Shown here one piece after another: positions 39,230 through 51,906 of a stretch of DNA of 64,000 nucleotides. The stretch is from positions 560,487 through 624,486 of the forward strand of contig NW_003526943.1 of NCBI RefSeq assembly GCF_000181795.1, given 5' to 3'. The DNA is from Trichinella spiralis (Eukaryota). A program made the translations under genes and the position numbers. Positions within the stretch are counted from its first letter, which is position 1; each line of letters begins with the position of its first letter. The notes below the pieces were generated by a model. It was not told where the DNA came from and did no database searches. It saw only the letters and a program-made list of their open reading frames with translations.

Positions 39230-39861
39230 TACAATATAAAATAATGAATAACTTGCCTGGCTAAAATTAGCGCAGCAAAAACCACCAATAACACATTACA
39301 GTATGTAAAATTGAAAATCAAGTGTTTAAAAATTAACGATTGCTTGCAGCTTACTGTTTTTGATAGTTCAATATCTTTCAAAATTTCTACATTATTGAAT
39401 TAGATCACTTATTTTTTCCATACAATTATTGTAAAATGGCTCATTTTTAAATAATAATATGAGTTTCACTAAATAAATAAATAAATAGTTTGCCATTGAA
39501 ATGTTAAAAATGATTACGAATAATATAAAAGCAGTTTTAAATTATGCAATGCATTATTTTTATTGAATAATTTTTTGCAAGGATCTTTTTGAAATTCCAA
39601 TCCTGTTAATGACATAAAAACTTACGTGGTATCTTTATCATAAAATTCACTTTTAATAATGTACTTTTACAATAATTTTTACTTGAAAATCTTTATCGTT
39701 TAACATCTTTAAAATTGAAACCATTGCGTGGAGTATAAAATATGTATTACTGTTGGCGTAACTTGTGAAATTGAACTTTTACGTCTAAACCTGATTTTCG
39801 GAATTTCTGTTTTCTTGAAAACTGTAATAAAAAATTGTTTTTTATAGATACTGTGTCAAGT

Positions 39862-40721
39862 ATGCACAGTTCTTTTTGTTGTGCATTTAAAGAAAAGTAT
39901 ACGATCAGAAAACTACTTAAAATTAATTGGTATGGTTTAAATTGAAAGCTTTTTTGAGGAACTTTGATAAACGATAAACTCTTACATTAATTTTATATTA
40001 TATAATATATTGTATGTAATATTCATTTGTAAAGATTGTCTTTAAGTGAAAACTACCCACTGGCTCAGTGAACTTGAATGAGAATATGCTTTCAACCTGA
40101 ATTTTACTAAAATAGCTATTCATTCATCTGACTAACAATGAAAACGATTGTGTTCATTTTATTTTACTTTATTTCATTTTACAGCGAAAATATTTAAAAC
40201 AAATTTTCAGGTTAAACACAGTTTCGTATTGTTTTGAAAGTGATGGTAATTCGGAGAACGTTCAATCGAGCAACTTGTCTAAAACAAGCGTTCCATTACT
40301 GTTTGTTGAAAAAGATAGAAAACTGCCAATGAAATTACACGTACGCGATGAAAAGGATATAATAAATCATGCTCTCAAGGTAATCGAAGAACAGAAAAAA
40401 GATGGTAAAACGATAAGGCTTCCTTACAATATGTGGAAATTAGCGATGGATAAATGCCAAATAAGCTACAACGATTATATAAAACTTGATCCTCTTTCAA
40501 GAGATATTGTTCAAGCTCATTGGAGTGCGGTGAAAAATCATCATCTATTTTATACGGATCCAAAAACGAAATTATTTGTCTTAACAGTCACATCTCTGTT
40601 GTTAAATGGTGAATGCTGTGGTCGAAGTTGTCGTCACTGTCCATATGATCATGTAAATGTCAGCGAAGCAATGAAACAAAAAACATTTTGGAATGGTGCC
40701 TTCTTTGATAAACTTGATTGA
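39862..40721 (+). CDS. DUF5522-like (C1orf53-like) Cys-motif protein, 2 exons
   Basis: Exon 39862-39929 splices in phase to 40211-40721. C-terminal YTDPKT..FVLT...LL.GECCGRSCRHCPY.H motif. Confidence 0.75.
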
Positions 40722-41319
40722 AGACTTAAACTTTTTAAATCTGTTTTTCAGCATAACGTGATACGTAATTTAATACATGTTATAAATAACTTCAGTTTCC
40801 TAGTTGAAAACGAGTTGATTTCATATAGAAATTTGTCATAAGCGACCCAATTTCAACATTAAAGTTATGTGAAGGTATCAGTTTATTAAATCAACATAAC
40901 AAATATTTTTCGCGTTATCCCTCGCGAAATTAGGTCCCTGACAAAACTTAGTTCTTGTTAATATTCAAAGAATATTAACAATATCCACCCCCGCGACTTG
41001 GACGCGCTTGCCAGGATTTGCCCAAGTGTGTGACCTTGAGCCGGGTTAATAGCTATACAATGTACAGCTAAAGGCAGGGGTTAAAAAACCCCAAACAAAA
41101 AGTAAATCAGAAACAAGAAAATAAACAAAAGAGGTAAAAGAGCATGTTCTGTAACACGGATATTACAGACCGGGAAAATTCGAAAAAAGTGCTGATGTAA
41201 AGTGTTCGTGCATGAACATATTTACATCTTCAAAAAGTGAAAAATACACATATAACAAAAATATTAAGCAAAATGCGAAATATGTTTTTGTACAAAGAAA
41301 ATACTCCAACGACCCATAA

Positions 41320-41754
41320 TTAATTGGCTGACACCCACTGAGTAGGTGGCATAGGCAACTGATCTGGGGATGGAGATTTCAAACATTTCGGCATGCAAAA
41401 ATTCCCATTCTTCAGATATATTGATGAGTCATCGCAAGAAAAATCGCTCAGGAGTGAATTATACCCACTTTCTGTGTTGCTACTTTCACTGTTTTTTTGA
41501 GAATGCATCTGTGAAAAAAATAAAGAGGATGTCTTCTCAACAGATGAAACTGAAACAACATTCGTTGATTCAAATATTGAACAACTGGGTGAAAAAATAC
41601 AACTGCCATTTTCTTCGTGTTTCCCAGAAACACTGCGACAAAATTCTTTACAAAGATTGATTTCTACTTTACGTATATGATATCGTCTCTTGCTGGCCCA
41701 GCTGACCGGGGTTGGGCTCCAAGTAGTTAATAAACATTCGGGAAGAAAAGTCAT
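41320..41754 (-). CDS. Small protein with C-terminal PNRC (proline-rich nuclear receptor coactivator / Edc-like) motif
   Basis: 144-aa ORF ending FCMPKCLKSPSPDQLPMPPTQWV, matching the PNRC SPxPxxLPxPPxxW motif. TTTCAG acceptor just upstream of the ATG. Confidence 0.7.
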   Translation of the reverse strand: MTFLPECLLTTWSPTPVSWASKRRYHIRKVEINLCKEFCRSVSGKHEENGSCIFSPSCSIFESTNVVSVSSVEKTSSLFFSQMHSQKNSESSNTESGYNSLLSDFSCDDSSIYLKNGNFCMPKCLKSPSPDQLPMPPTQWVSAN

Positions 41755-44700
41755 GTTTAACTACTGAAACATAATGCAACATAATAAAATAATAGCATAA
41801 CAAATTCACAACATACCGCATCAGTTATTTCACAATATTACGCTAACAGTACACATTAATTCGCATTTTACTGCTGTAATCTTAAGATATTTCTTTTTGT
41901 ACTTCCAACCCAAGCCGCAAACGGGCAAAACGAAGAAAAACAACCGACGTGTTAACAAAAATCTAGAATATAAACTCTTAACAATGCTATAGTGATAAAC
42001 AATGATAATGGTACTTGAGCATATTTATTGATGAATATCATACTGTACATTATTAATAAATATCTAAAATAAATGAAATTTTGCATAAGCGCACTTAATA
42101 AAAAAATATTATGCTTTATTTACAATTATTTTTAAATTTAAAATTATTTTTAATACAAAATTTTAGGAATTTGCAAAGATTACTGTACTTCCGTTAAAAA
42201 TGTACAACGTAATAAACATTTATTTTATACTTAATAAAACATGTTTTAAAATATTTATTATCAATTTTTGTTAATTATTATTGATTTAAAATATTTTATT
42301 GTGTTTAGCAACAAAATAAGTATGAAAAATATCAAAACTGTTCCATGAAAGGAATTTTAAATAAAAAATAATTAGTTTTGATATTTTTTACTTTTAAAAT
42401 TAAACATAATTAATTTAATTTCTAAATGTTTGAAGTACAATAATTCTTAAAGATTTATCAGATGTGTATAAAACATGCTCACATTATATAAAAATCACCT
42501 TAAATCAATGTTGATTTATTGAGTATAAATTGAACAAGAACAACATTGTTAATTATAAAAAATCAATAATAATTTTAATTATAAATAAAAAAAATTATAC
42601 TTGCCATTATTTAGGTGCACGGTGCTTTTATTTTCCATCTCTGAAGATGGCATTGATTTGTCTTTATTTGGGTTTATTTATAAATTTAAAACGCAGATTG
42701 CTAAGAAAATAATTTCTATGTCGAAATATAAGATAATTTTTGTTTTTATTTGTTTATTTTTATTTTTTTATTTAAATTATATGTTTGATTAATAATTTAT
42801 GCTTCTTTGATCTTGATTACAGTACAGAAGACAACACTGTGCAGTAATAGCTTTTATATTTTACCTTATTAATGAGGACTTTTTGGTTGTTTTATAATTT
42901 AAATTTCCTTAATGAAATTCTCGAAAAGTTTATTACTTTGTAGCATAAATTTGCAAAGGTACTGGGTAAACATTTTATCACACTAATTTCTTTACTTGGA
43001 TAGTCATTTATGTGCCTTCGAGTGGCCGTAACTGCTTCTTTATTAAAGTAAATTTTTCTTAAGCATTTTAAAAATAAATTTTGCTCTATTGAAATTTAAA
43101 AATACATTGTAAATTGCGAATTTCAGTTGTAAGTTGCTGTCTTGTTGTAAGTTTTTTTTAAATAAAAGTGTTGGTTTGTTATGCGTTATTTTCTAATTTT
43201 ATTAAAATGTGTAATGTTTCATGACAATTGTTTTATTTCGATTTCTCTTTTGTAAAAGAAACATTTTTATCATATTTTTATTAAGTTTTTAATGAGATAA
43301 TTTGAGAAAGTTTTATTAATTTATTTTTTAAGTTGATGTGTATTTTTTTGAATTCACGTTTTTAGTTAGGCTTTCTTTTTTGTTCTATAGACAGTTGTGC
43401 TTTTACTTTTATCTGTTGTTGGTATTGCATTATGGCAGAGGTGTTGATCGTTTTCATTATGGAGTAATTTAATCAATCTGTTTATTAGAAGAGGTGTAAT
43501 TTTATTTCATTCGATATCATTTAAGCAGTGAAACAAGCTGTGCAAAATACTTATCTATTATTGGTTTTTATTATTTTCTTAATTGTTTTCTCAGATTGTG
43601 TTGGTTTTTATTTACAAGGAAGCTTCGCGATTGCGAGGTATTTCAACTATCGTCAGTGCTTTTCCATTGAATTTTGCAGAAAATTTTCAACAAATGCAAC
43701 GTTTTGCTTATCTATTTTTTTCCATTCATAATGAAGTATGTTTACTGATTGTTTATTTTATTTATTTTTGATGAATGATAGTTATTTTGGATGATTTGAA
43801 AAAAAAAGATGTTGTATAGGTTTTGACTTGCTGCACAATTAATTAATCATTGGTTGAAATGTTTTGCATTTCAGTGTAGATATTCATAATGATGCTGTTG
43901 TCATTATTATTAGACCTAATGATGTTTTCATGTAAACGTTTCTCATACGATTAGTATATTGACAAGCAGTTGTCGAGAGCAAGTTTTGGTAACGTTGTTT
44001 TCATTGTAAACTATGTATTTAGTTGTTTGACAGAGAGTAACATCTTCAACCATGTGACTGTGATATTTTAAACGATCTGCTGTTGCGTGTGTGTACTTTT
44101 CTTCGTTGTTAACTATTGTATCACGAGATTACTTTTTATCGCTTACGTATGTTATTGTTTATATATTATATTGTTCATCTACTTTTCAATTTGTCATGTA
44201 ATGAAATTCAAGAGAGAAATATAGCATTATTTTAAATTATTGTGAATATTTCATTAGTTAAATTGTCATTGATGCACATTTGATTTATCAATTTTTTTTT
44301 GAAAATTTTGTATGCTTATTTATACAAGCAAATGAGATGTTATTTTTTGCACTTAGTGTAATGTAGAATTTGATAGAATAACGAAAATTTTGAACATAAA
44401 ATTTAAATCAGTTGGTGTTGGTCAGTTTTGATTTGGAACAGGTTTGAATTGAAGCATTTCAAGAGGCACACGAACAAGGTTGTGTGCATTCTGTGTGATG
44501 CATGTTTTTCAAATTCTAGCCATCTCATGCACGCGATTTTATATTTACAAATCGAATGGGTGTAATTTTTGATTGTAAACTAGCAAACAGTTGCACAGAT
44601 TTCAGTGAATGAGTTGAATAGCTGTATATGTGTGTAGTAATAATATTACCCAATTCCAAGATATTAATGAGTTTTGTTTTAAAAATTTCTATATTAAAAA

Positions 44701-44955
44701 AAATGAATAATTTTTTTATTCTGTTCAAGGCGTTTTGAATATATTCTCATGCAAATGTAGTGTTGTGAATGATTGGAAATAAAGTTAGAGGGGATAGTTT
44801 TTTTAACGTGTAGTTAGTTGGTGGGTGATAAAATAGAAGAAATAAATGATTTGATATTTTTTAAAGGAAATTTATTATTATTTTTTGAATATCTAGGATT
44901 GGTTAGTACGGTAACATTGCGTAGGGCGAGTGCTGGCTGACTGGTTGGCAAGGCG

Positions 44956-45507
44956 ATGGCTCCGCCCCCGATTCCTCCACCTGTTGGTCAGTCGTCGGCT
45001 CCTCCACCTCCTCCCCCGTTGCTCAAATCAGGAGCCACAAGCAGAGGCACACCATCCGTTGACCGATCAGCTTTGTTAGCCGATATAAGAAAAGCCGGCG
45101 GTGGTGGAGTCCGACTGCGTCCAACGAAAACCAATGATCGAAGTGCTCCAATGGTTGTTGCCTGTGAACGAACTTTCCCAAATGCTGATACGAATGGTTC
45201 ATCGAATATTGGTGGAAATTTAACGAGCTCGAACAGATCAGCAAACAGTGGCCGCTTTCCAAAAGTCGCCAAAGCCAATGCCTCATTGGATTTTGCTTCG
45301 GAACTAAATCGAGCGATCAATGCTCAACAAGAAAGAACATTGAAAAAATCACACGGGGCAACTGCTGCTGGATCAGGTTAATTATATCTGTTCTATCTCT
45401 CTCTCTCTCTCTCTTATCTACTTACATTGTATACTTATTTTATATTTGTATTTTTTAATATATACAACATTCCTGTGATAATGTACATTTTTAAAACTTT
45501 TACCTTG

Positions 45508-45539
<32 letters not shown>

Positions 45540-47188
45540 GAATAAAAATATTTCAATTTTCTAGAAACCGGGATCAATGGCATGGGACGTCCGCCTGGTC
45601 GTGTAAAAGAATCACAGGCAAATAGTTGTGGTCAGTTGAATGCGTCGGTTTCTACAATCGAATCAGAGTTGGCACAAAAATTGCGCATGAAAGCACCTTC
45701 TGTATCGGTGAAGCCGGTTCCAAATCCAAATAAGCCGTCATTGCGTTTTGTTGCCGGCGAAGTGTGTTCATCTAATGATGCGCAGAAGCCAGCCGATTTG
45801 AGCGGTGTCTCGGTGAAAGCTTTGAGGGAGAAACTTCAGATGCCCCAAAATGGTTCCCTGCATGCTGCCAAAAGTGCATCAACGATTGGTCAGCAGCAAG
45901 CATCTTCGAAACGCTTGTCCGGTCACAGTTACAGTAGTGGAACTTTGCCGCACGGTTCTTTTCAAAACAACAGCAATATTAGTAATAGTAGTAATAATAA
46001 TAATAATAGTAGTAGTAGTAATAAACCACCGCTGCCAGCTAAACCCCCAAGTCGTAAGCCTTCGATTGAACAGCGTAGAAATATGCCTGAAAAATTTCGG
46101 ACGCTCAAACCTAACCAAGTTAGCGTTAACGTCAAAGCATTAGTCAGGTCGAACAGTTCTGAGGTATTGAATTTCTTGTGAAATTTAATGTAATAATAGT
46201 AATTATTGTTATTTTTGTTGTTGTTGTTTTTAGAATCTGGCCGATTTGATTAAAGCAGATAATGTCAGCTCTACGTTATATCAAGACAGTGATAACAAGC
46301 CGGTGCCAGTTGCACCAGCCACACAACGTGGTGCAGGTACATACTTTCCTCCTGTTAATCGTCCGATGCCACCTCCGCGTCCTGACATTGCTCCGCCTCC
46401 TCCGCCAACTGTAGCTGTTGAAAAGTCTAAACAAGCCAACAGCATAACTCAAAGAAATTCTTACGGTAATTTCATTAATTATTTCTGTTATATCTGTCAC
46501 GTTTGTTATTTTGAACAATTATTTGAATTAAAAAATTTCGAAGTGGTGATATAACGATAAGTAATAATAATGTTGGTTAATTCGATTTTCTAGTTGAATT
46601 TCGCTGGAGTAGTTGTTTAATTTTTTTTTAATGTTCAAAAATTTTTTCAAAAGTTCTTAATTTTTATTTTATCTATAGTGAAAAACTAGGTCATTAAGAA
46701 AACAGTATACTTTGAGAGTGTTCAAGTTTTACTTATTCTGACGGTAATTTGATTGCACTCTCTGCTCTACTGTTGATGTATTGTGTAAAAGTGAGCAGTA
46801 TATTTATTTAATTGCTCTTTACGATAATTGGTAATTGGATTTATTTGAATTGAAAAAATATTTTAATGTGAAAATCAAGTATCACGTATGCATATTTTGT
46901 TTGAATTGACGAGTGAATTGTAAATTATTGTTATTTTCTTTTGAGGTGGAAAAGTGGTGACGAATGTTCCACCACCACCACCACGTGGTGATTCGTTGAC
47001 GCATGGTAATTTTGTTTTTCAAATTATTTACAGTTTGTTTTGTAAAAGTTAATATTTCTTTTTTAGAATTTCAAAATCGTTTTCATTTTAAACCAATTTC
47101 AAATTTACCATTACCTCCGGAATTTCGGCACCTGCGTCAGCTTTCTCGGGCGACAAAGAGAAATGCTCCGAGGCCACCAATTTATTGA
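44956..47188 (+). CDS. WASP-interacting protein / verprolin (wip-1-like), about 5 exons
   Basis: N-terminal polyproline, WH2 DRSALLADIRK...LRPTKTNDRSAP, and C-terminal WASP-binding EFQNRFHFKPISNLPLPPEF. Confidence 0.88.
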
Positions 47189-48325
47189 GAAAAAAGTAAA
47201 ATGACAAAAATATTAATAAGCTCGGTTATGAAAGAAAAAATGCAGAAGAAGAAGAAGAAGCATAAAACAATTTACTTCAATGTAAGCAGTGGTGAACCGC
47301 CAGACGGTGTAGAAAAAGAAAGATCAAGTGGAACTGATTGTTTTCTATGTATAATATATGTGGTATATAAAAATTTTCATTTAATTGAACCGAGCGAGAT
47401 TCTGATCCATCATCCTGCTCATGGAATTGATATATTTATTTTTTCTTCTCATTCAAAAAGGTTTATCTTTTTGTCATTTTGCCGAATGCCTTTATGAAAT
47501 ATAATATTCATTGCTGAATGTAGGGTTGGAAATTTTTCTTTTAATTTTTACAATAATGCAGCATGATGATATGCTTATTATTATTTTTTCTTCTCATTTC
47601 ATTTCATCTTTTGCTTATTAACTTCTAAAAGCAGTAGCTACTTAAAGAAATTTTCGCTTTTTTTTGTTTTTCACGTTCGCAAACTAAGCGTAAAACTTTA
47701 TTAGTGCGAACTTATTTTCCCTTCAGCAACTGAATGCTTATTATGATTGATTTTTTTGAATTCGTCACGAATTGGCGCCGCGCCTCTCTTGCTGGCACTC
47801 CAGCAGTTTATAACAAAAGACGGTGATGGAAATTTATCATTTAATTTTTAGAATTTGTGATTTTTTACTATTGTTATGTAAAATACTTAAGCATTATTTA
47901 TTAAAAACTCATTTTAATGAATTGTGATTTCATTGATCACTTTTGATTATTCGAATAAATTTTATTCACAATGTAAAGCAGAACTTCTTCAATGGAATGA
48001 ATAAAAGAATTAAATTTCGGCATTTATCAATGACGATGATAAATTACAAATAAAATGAATTGTATCAATCAAATGACAGAAAATTATTTATTTTTTCTAC
48101 CGAACTTCTAGAGCAAATATAAATAATTTTCACTGATGCAGGTAGGAGAGAATACTGATTGATTGATCACATTAGATGCATTTCCAAAAATAAAATTATA
48201 AATCACCAGTAAAGGATTTATTTTTCAAATAATCAATCACTACAAATAACCGGATGAATGAAACACGGAAATTACAAACCCCTAAGATTTACAAATAAAA
48301 GAAAAAACCAATGAAATTAATAAAT

Positions 48326-49581
48326 TCAAACATCCTGACGTTTTTCCGCGTATTTCTTTGTATATTCTTCTGCATTCTTCATAAACTTTTTTCTATCTTT
48401 TGTATATTCTTCGGCCAATTCTGTACGAAGCGAATGTTCCGGCTCAGGTTGATGGACCAAACCGATCAACGAATCAATAACTACAGAAAAATAAAAAATC
48501 AAAATTTCATAACTGAAAATGCAAATAATTAAAGAAAAAATTACTGTGCTCCGTTTTTGTTGCCGGCTTCCAATTTTCAGGTAAGATTAGTGGTAAGCAC
48601 AATTGTCCTTTCTCGTCGACGTTTGGGTGATAAATTTTCGTTAAAAAGGTAATTTTAGGTGGCTTGAATGGATATTCAGCTGGAAAATCTATCTGAATTT
48701 TAAAGCCGCCTTTACAATACGGTTCTTTGTCCTTAAATTAACAATTTAACAACAAAGTGGCAACTTAAATTTTGCAACTTTTTAAAATATGCAAATTTAC
48801 ATACAGGCAGAAGAAGTCCTCTCCATTGAAGAAGATTATTTTCATTTGCAGTTATATTTTTGAATAGTTTTAATTCCGCCTTTTGCAAATCGCTGAGCTC
48901 CTAAAATATAAATTATTAACGTTTCAAATTCTTTATAAAATCATTTTTTGTCTTTATTTTTTGAAGAATTATTAACTAAATTGCATGCCAGTTATTGAAT
49001 CGTCAAAATTTTCATTTTGATTCAAAGTAAATTAATCATAATCGAAAATCTAAAAACACTAAATTGTGTTAAAATAAAATAGAAAAAATGAAAAGAACTA
49101 AGCAAAACGAGTTGGTATTGCATCATCGGTTAATTATGTATTGTTCAAACAAAAGTGATCTTCAATGAAAGGTAATTTTCATTTGAAGCATTCATCAGTA
49201 AAAAAACAAACTGCAAATACTAAACTTCTCTTTTAACATATCATGGAATAATTAAAATGGATCATGATTTCCACAAATTTCATTAACAATTTTTGTATCA
49301 ATCAAATAAACGACATCCTTATCAGTAATTTTAATCAAAAAGTAATAAAATCAAACAAAAAAAGTAGAAAAGTTGAAAGAGTTTCAAAAAAAATTAAGCA
49401 CAAATTATAAATGCGCAAGACTAAACGAAGAGATTGCTGAACAGCACGGAAAGTTAACAGAGAACATAATATGAGAAGCTTGCCTAACTCGAATGGATAA
49501 TCAGGTCTTAATTATAATAAATAAAGCAAATCAATCAAACTAAAACAAACTTACTTTTTGAAGTCTACGACTCGCAGTCAT
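48326..49581 (-). CDS. UBE2L3: Ubiquitin-conjugating enzyme E2 L3 (UbcH7 / ubc-18), 4 exons
   Basis: [15 protein letters not shown]...[11 protein letters not shown]|...[45 protein letters not shown]...[40 protein letters not shown]. Confidence 0.95.
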
Positions 49582-50385
49582 CTTCGTTGAAGTACATCTG
49601 ATTTCAGTTATCGACAGTTTGATGTATAAGAAAATCAAGTTACGTTGTCGCTACAGTAATCTTTATTCTGTATTTGGGATTTTATTATTGTTTAAAATTA
49701 TTTTATTATATTAAAAATATTAACTCTAATATTTTTATCTGATTGCTTTATTTAAATAAACTTTAACTACAAAACAATAAATAAGAAACCTACTTTTTAA
49801 TGTAAACTGTAATGCGTGCAATTACTTGTTTGATGAAAAGTTGTTTACGTGAAAGCAATGTTCTCTTGACTGTATTACACTGAATTATACTACAAGCTTG
49901 CTTGTGCTGCTTTTATTTACTTTACAGACTGTAAAAAACAATTGAACCGTTTTGTCGTGACCAGTTGTATTTTTACTATTATTTATCTTAAGAATTTATT
50001 GCATTCTTCAATTATCTTATGTTTTTTGCGTTATAAATTCTCATTTAAAAAGGTTCTGAGAGTAATGATGCGTGAATACTTTATCTTTATACTTTACGGC
50101 TTTTTGCACGTAATTTTACATTAATATAATGGAGAAAAGGTTGAAAATCTTTCTTAAATCATCACAACTTATTTGTTATTGCTCTGAAATTTTATCAGAT
50201 GGAAGTTTTTTGATGTTTCATAAAAGAATATATTTGCGAATCAAACTTTTAAAACGTATCTTTATTTTTTCTGTATTACAAACTGATTAAATGATCTAAA
50301 GGCATTACTTACGTTATTGAAATGTGCTCCTTACTTTTTTTATAGATATTCTGATTAAAATGATATATTGAAGAAGAATCTCAAC

Positions 50386-51421
50386 ATGAATCCAGAAAAT
50401 GCTCCCGAAAAATGTCCTGGAGTTGGGAGCGAATCCGCCGGCAAAGCAGAACCTTGTCAAGGCTGTCCAAATAGACAGTATTGTAGTTCAACATCATCGA
50501 ATAGAAACGATCAGCTTTTCGCTCAAATAACTAGTCGCATGTCAAGCGTTAAACACAAAATATTGATTCTTTCTGGTAAAGGAGGTGTGGGAAAAAGCAC
50601 CTTTGCTTGCATGCTGGCTAGAGGGTTGTCTGCTCGATTTGAAAATTTAAATATCGGACTCTTAGATGTGGATATTTGTGGCCCTTCTCAGCCAAAAATG
50701 TTTGGTGTTGAAAGTGAACAGGTTTAATCAAGCAAAAATGCTGCACATATAATTCGATTAAACTGTAAGTTTTGTTTTAAATTTATCCGTTTTATAGGTT
50801 CATCAGAGTTTAAGTGGTTGGTCGCCAGTATTTGTGGAAGATAATTTGTGCATCATGTCGTCAGGATTTTTGCTTGAAAACCACAATACTGCTGTAATTT
50901 GGCGTGGACCAAAGAAAAATGGATTAGTTCAACAGTTTCTTAAAGATGTAGACTGGGCTGATTTGGATTTTTTCATTATTGACACCCCTCCAGGAACGTC
51001 TGACGAGCATATAACTACTGTGCAATGTTTATTGAAGTCGACAAATTGTACAGCTGCCGTGGTGATTACAACTCCACAAGAATTATCTCTTGCCGATGTG
51101 AGAAAAGAATTAAATTTTTGTAAAAAGCTGAACTTACCTATTATTGGGGTTGTGGAAAATATGAATATTTTCATCTGTCCCCACTGTGAAAAAGTGTCTG
51201 TTATATATCCTGCTACTACCGGCGGAGCTGAAAAAATGTGCGAACAGTTTGAAGTTCCATTTCTTGGCAGTATCGTTATTGATTCTAGATTGGCGCGATG
51301 CTGTGATGAGGGTCGAGATTTTTTGGCAGAATATCCTGAATCAGTAGCTGCGAAAAATTTGAAAACCATAATTGATAAAATAGTTCAATATTGTAATGAA
51401 CAACAACAACAAAGAAGTTGA
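50386..51421 (+). CDS. NUBP1: Cytosolic Fe-S cluster assembly factor NUBP1/Nbp35, 2 exons
   Basis: N-terminal CPG...[10 protein letters not shown] cluster motif, [11 protein letters not shown]-loop, [24 protein letters not shown] and ENM..FICPHC. Confidence 0.96.
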
Positions 51422-51906
51422 AAATATTGCTGCTCGGTGAATCTGTGACAAAAAAAGAACTTTCTGGAAAACTGTGTTATGAGATGGGAAGTATACAATA
51501 TTGAGATGCAGTTTATCCCGGTATCGCAGCATGATTGTCGTCAGAATTCAATTCTGCATCTTATTGGCTACAATCAAAATGCTGAATTTTTTGAATAAAT
51601 GTTTGTTTGAATAAATGATTCAAATAAATATCCGAGATGTTTGTACATGAATATTTGAAAATTATTCTCTTAAAAAAACTATTCTCCTTTTCAATTTATG
51701 CTTTAATTTGAATCAAAATTAATTAAATGGCATTTGAAACAAATTTATTCAATTCAATTCAAAATACTTTTAATAAGTGAATAATTGGAATATAAAATAG
51801 TGAATTGATTTTTGGGAAAAAAGTTTCCAAATGCAAAAACAAAAAGGAATGCCCAGTTTATAAAAGTTGAAAAGTTTCCATTTGATTATCAGGTTCTCTT
51901 CTCTCT

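Noticed and set aside
41040..41092. TAACCC motifs as a telomerase RNA template, or an RNase MRP/P assignment for the hairpin island
   Set aside because: No 1.5-repeat template and no convincing CR-I/CR-V consensus by eye. Left as an unassigned structured candidate.
42000..44900. Short hydrophobic ORFs between the PNRC-like gene and WIP
   Set aside because: Typical AT-rich intergenic or 5' UTR intron artefacts with no splice-consistent model.
45966..46022. Asn/Ser run in WIP
   Set aside because: Ordinary coding AAT/AGT microsatellite in a disordered region.
48326..49581. UBE2L3 as part of the human chromosome 22 synteny block
   Set aside because: Human UBE2L3 is at 22q11, megabases from NF2. 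Sharing a chromosome alone is weak evidence.
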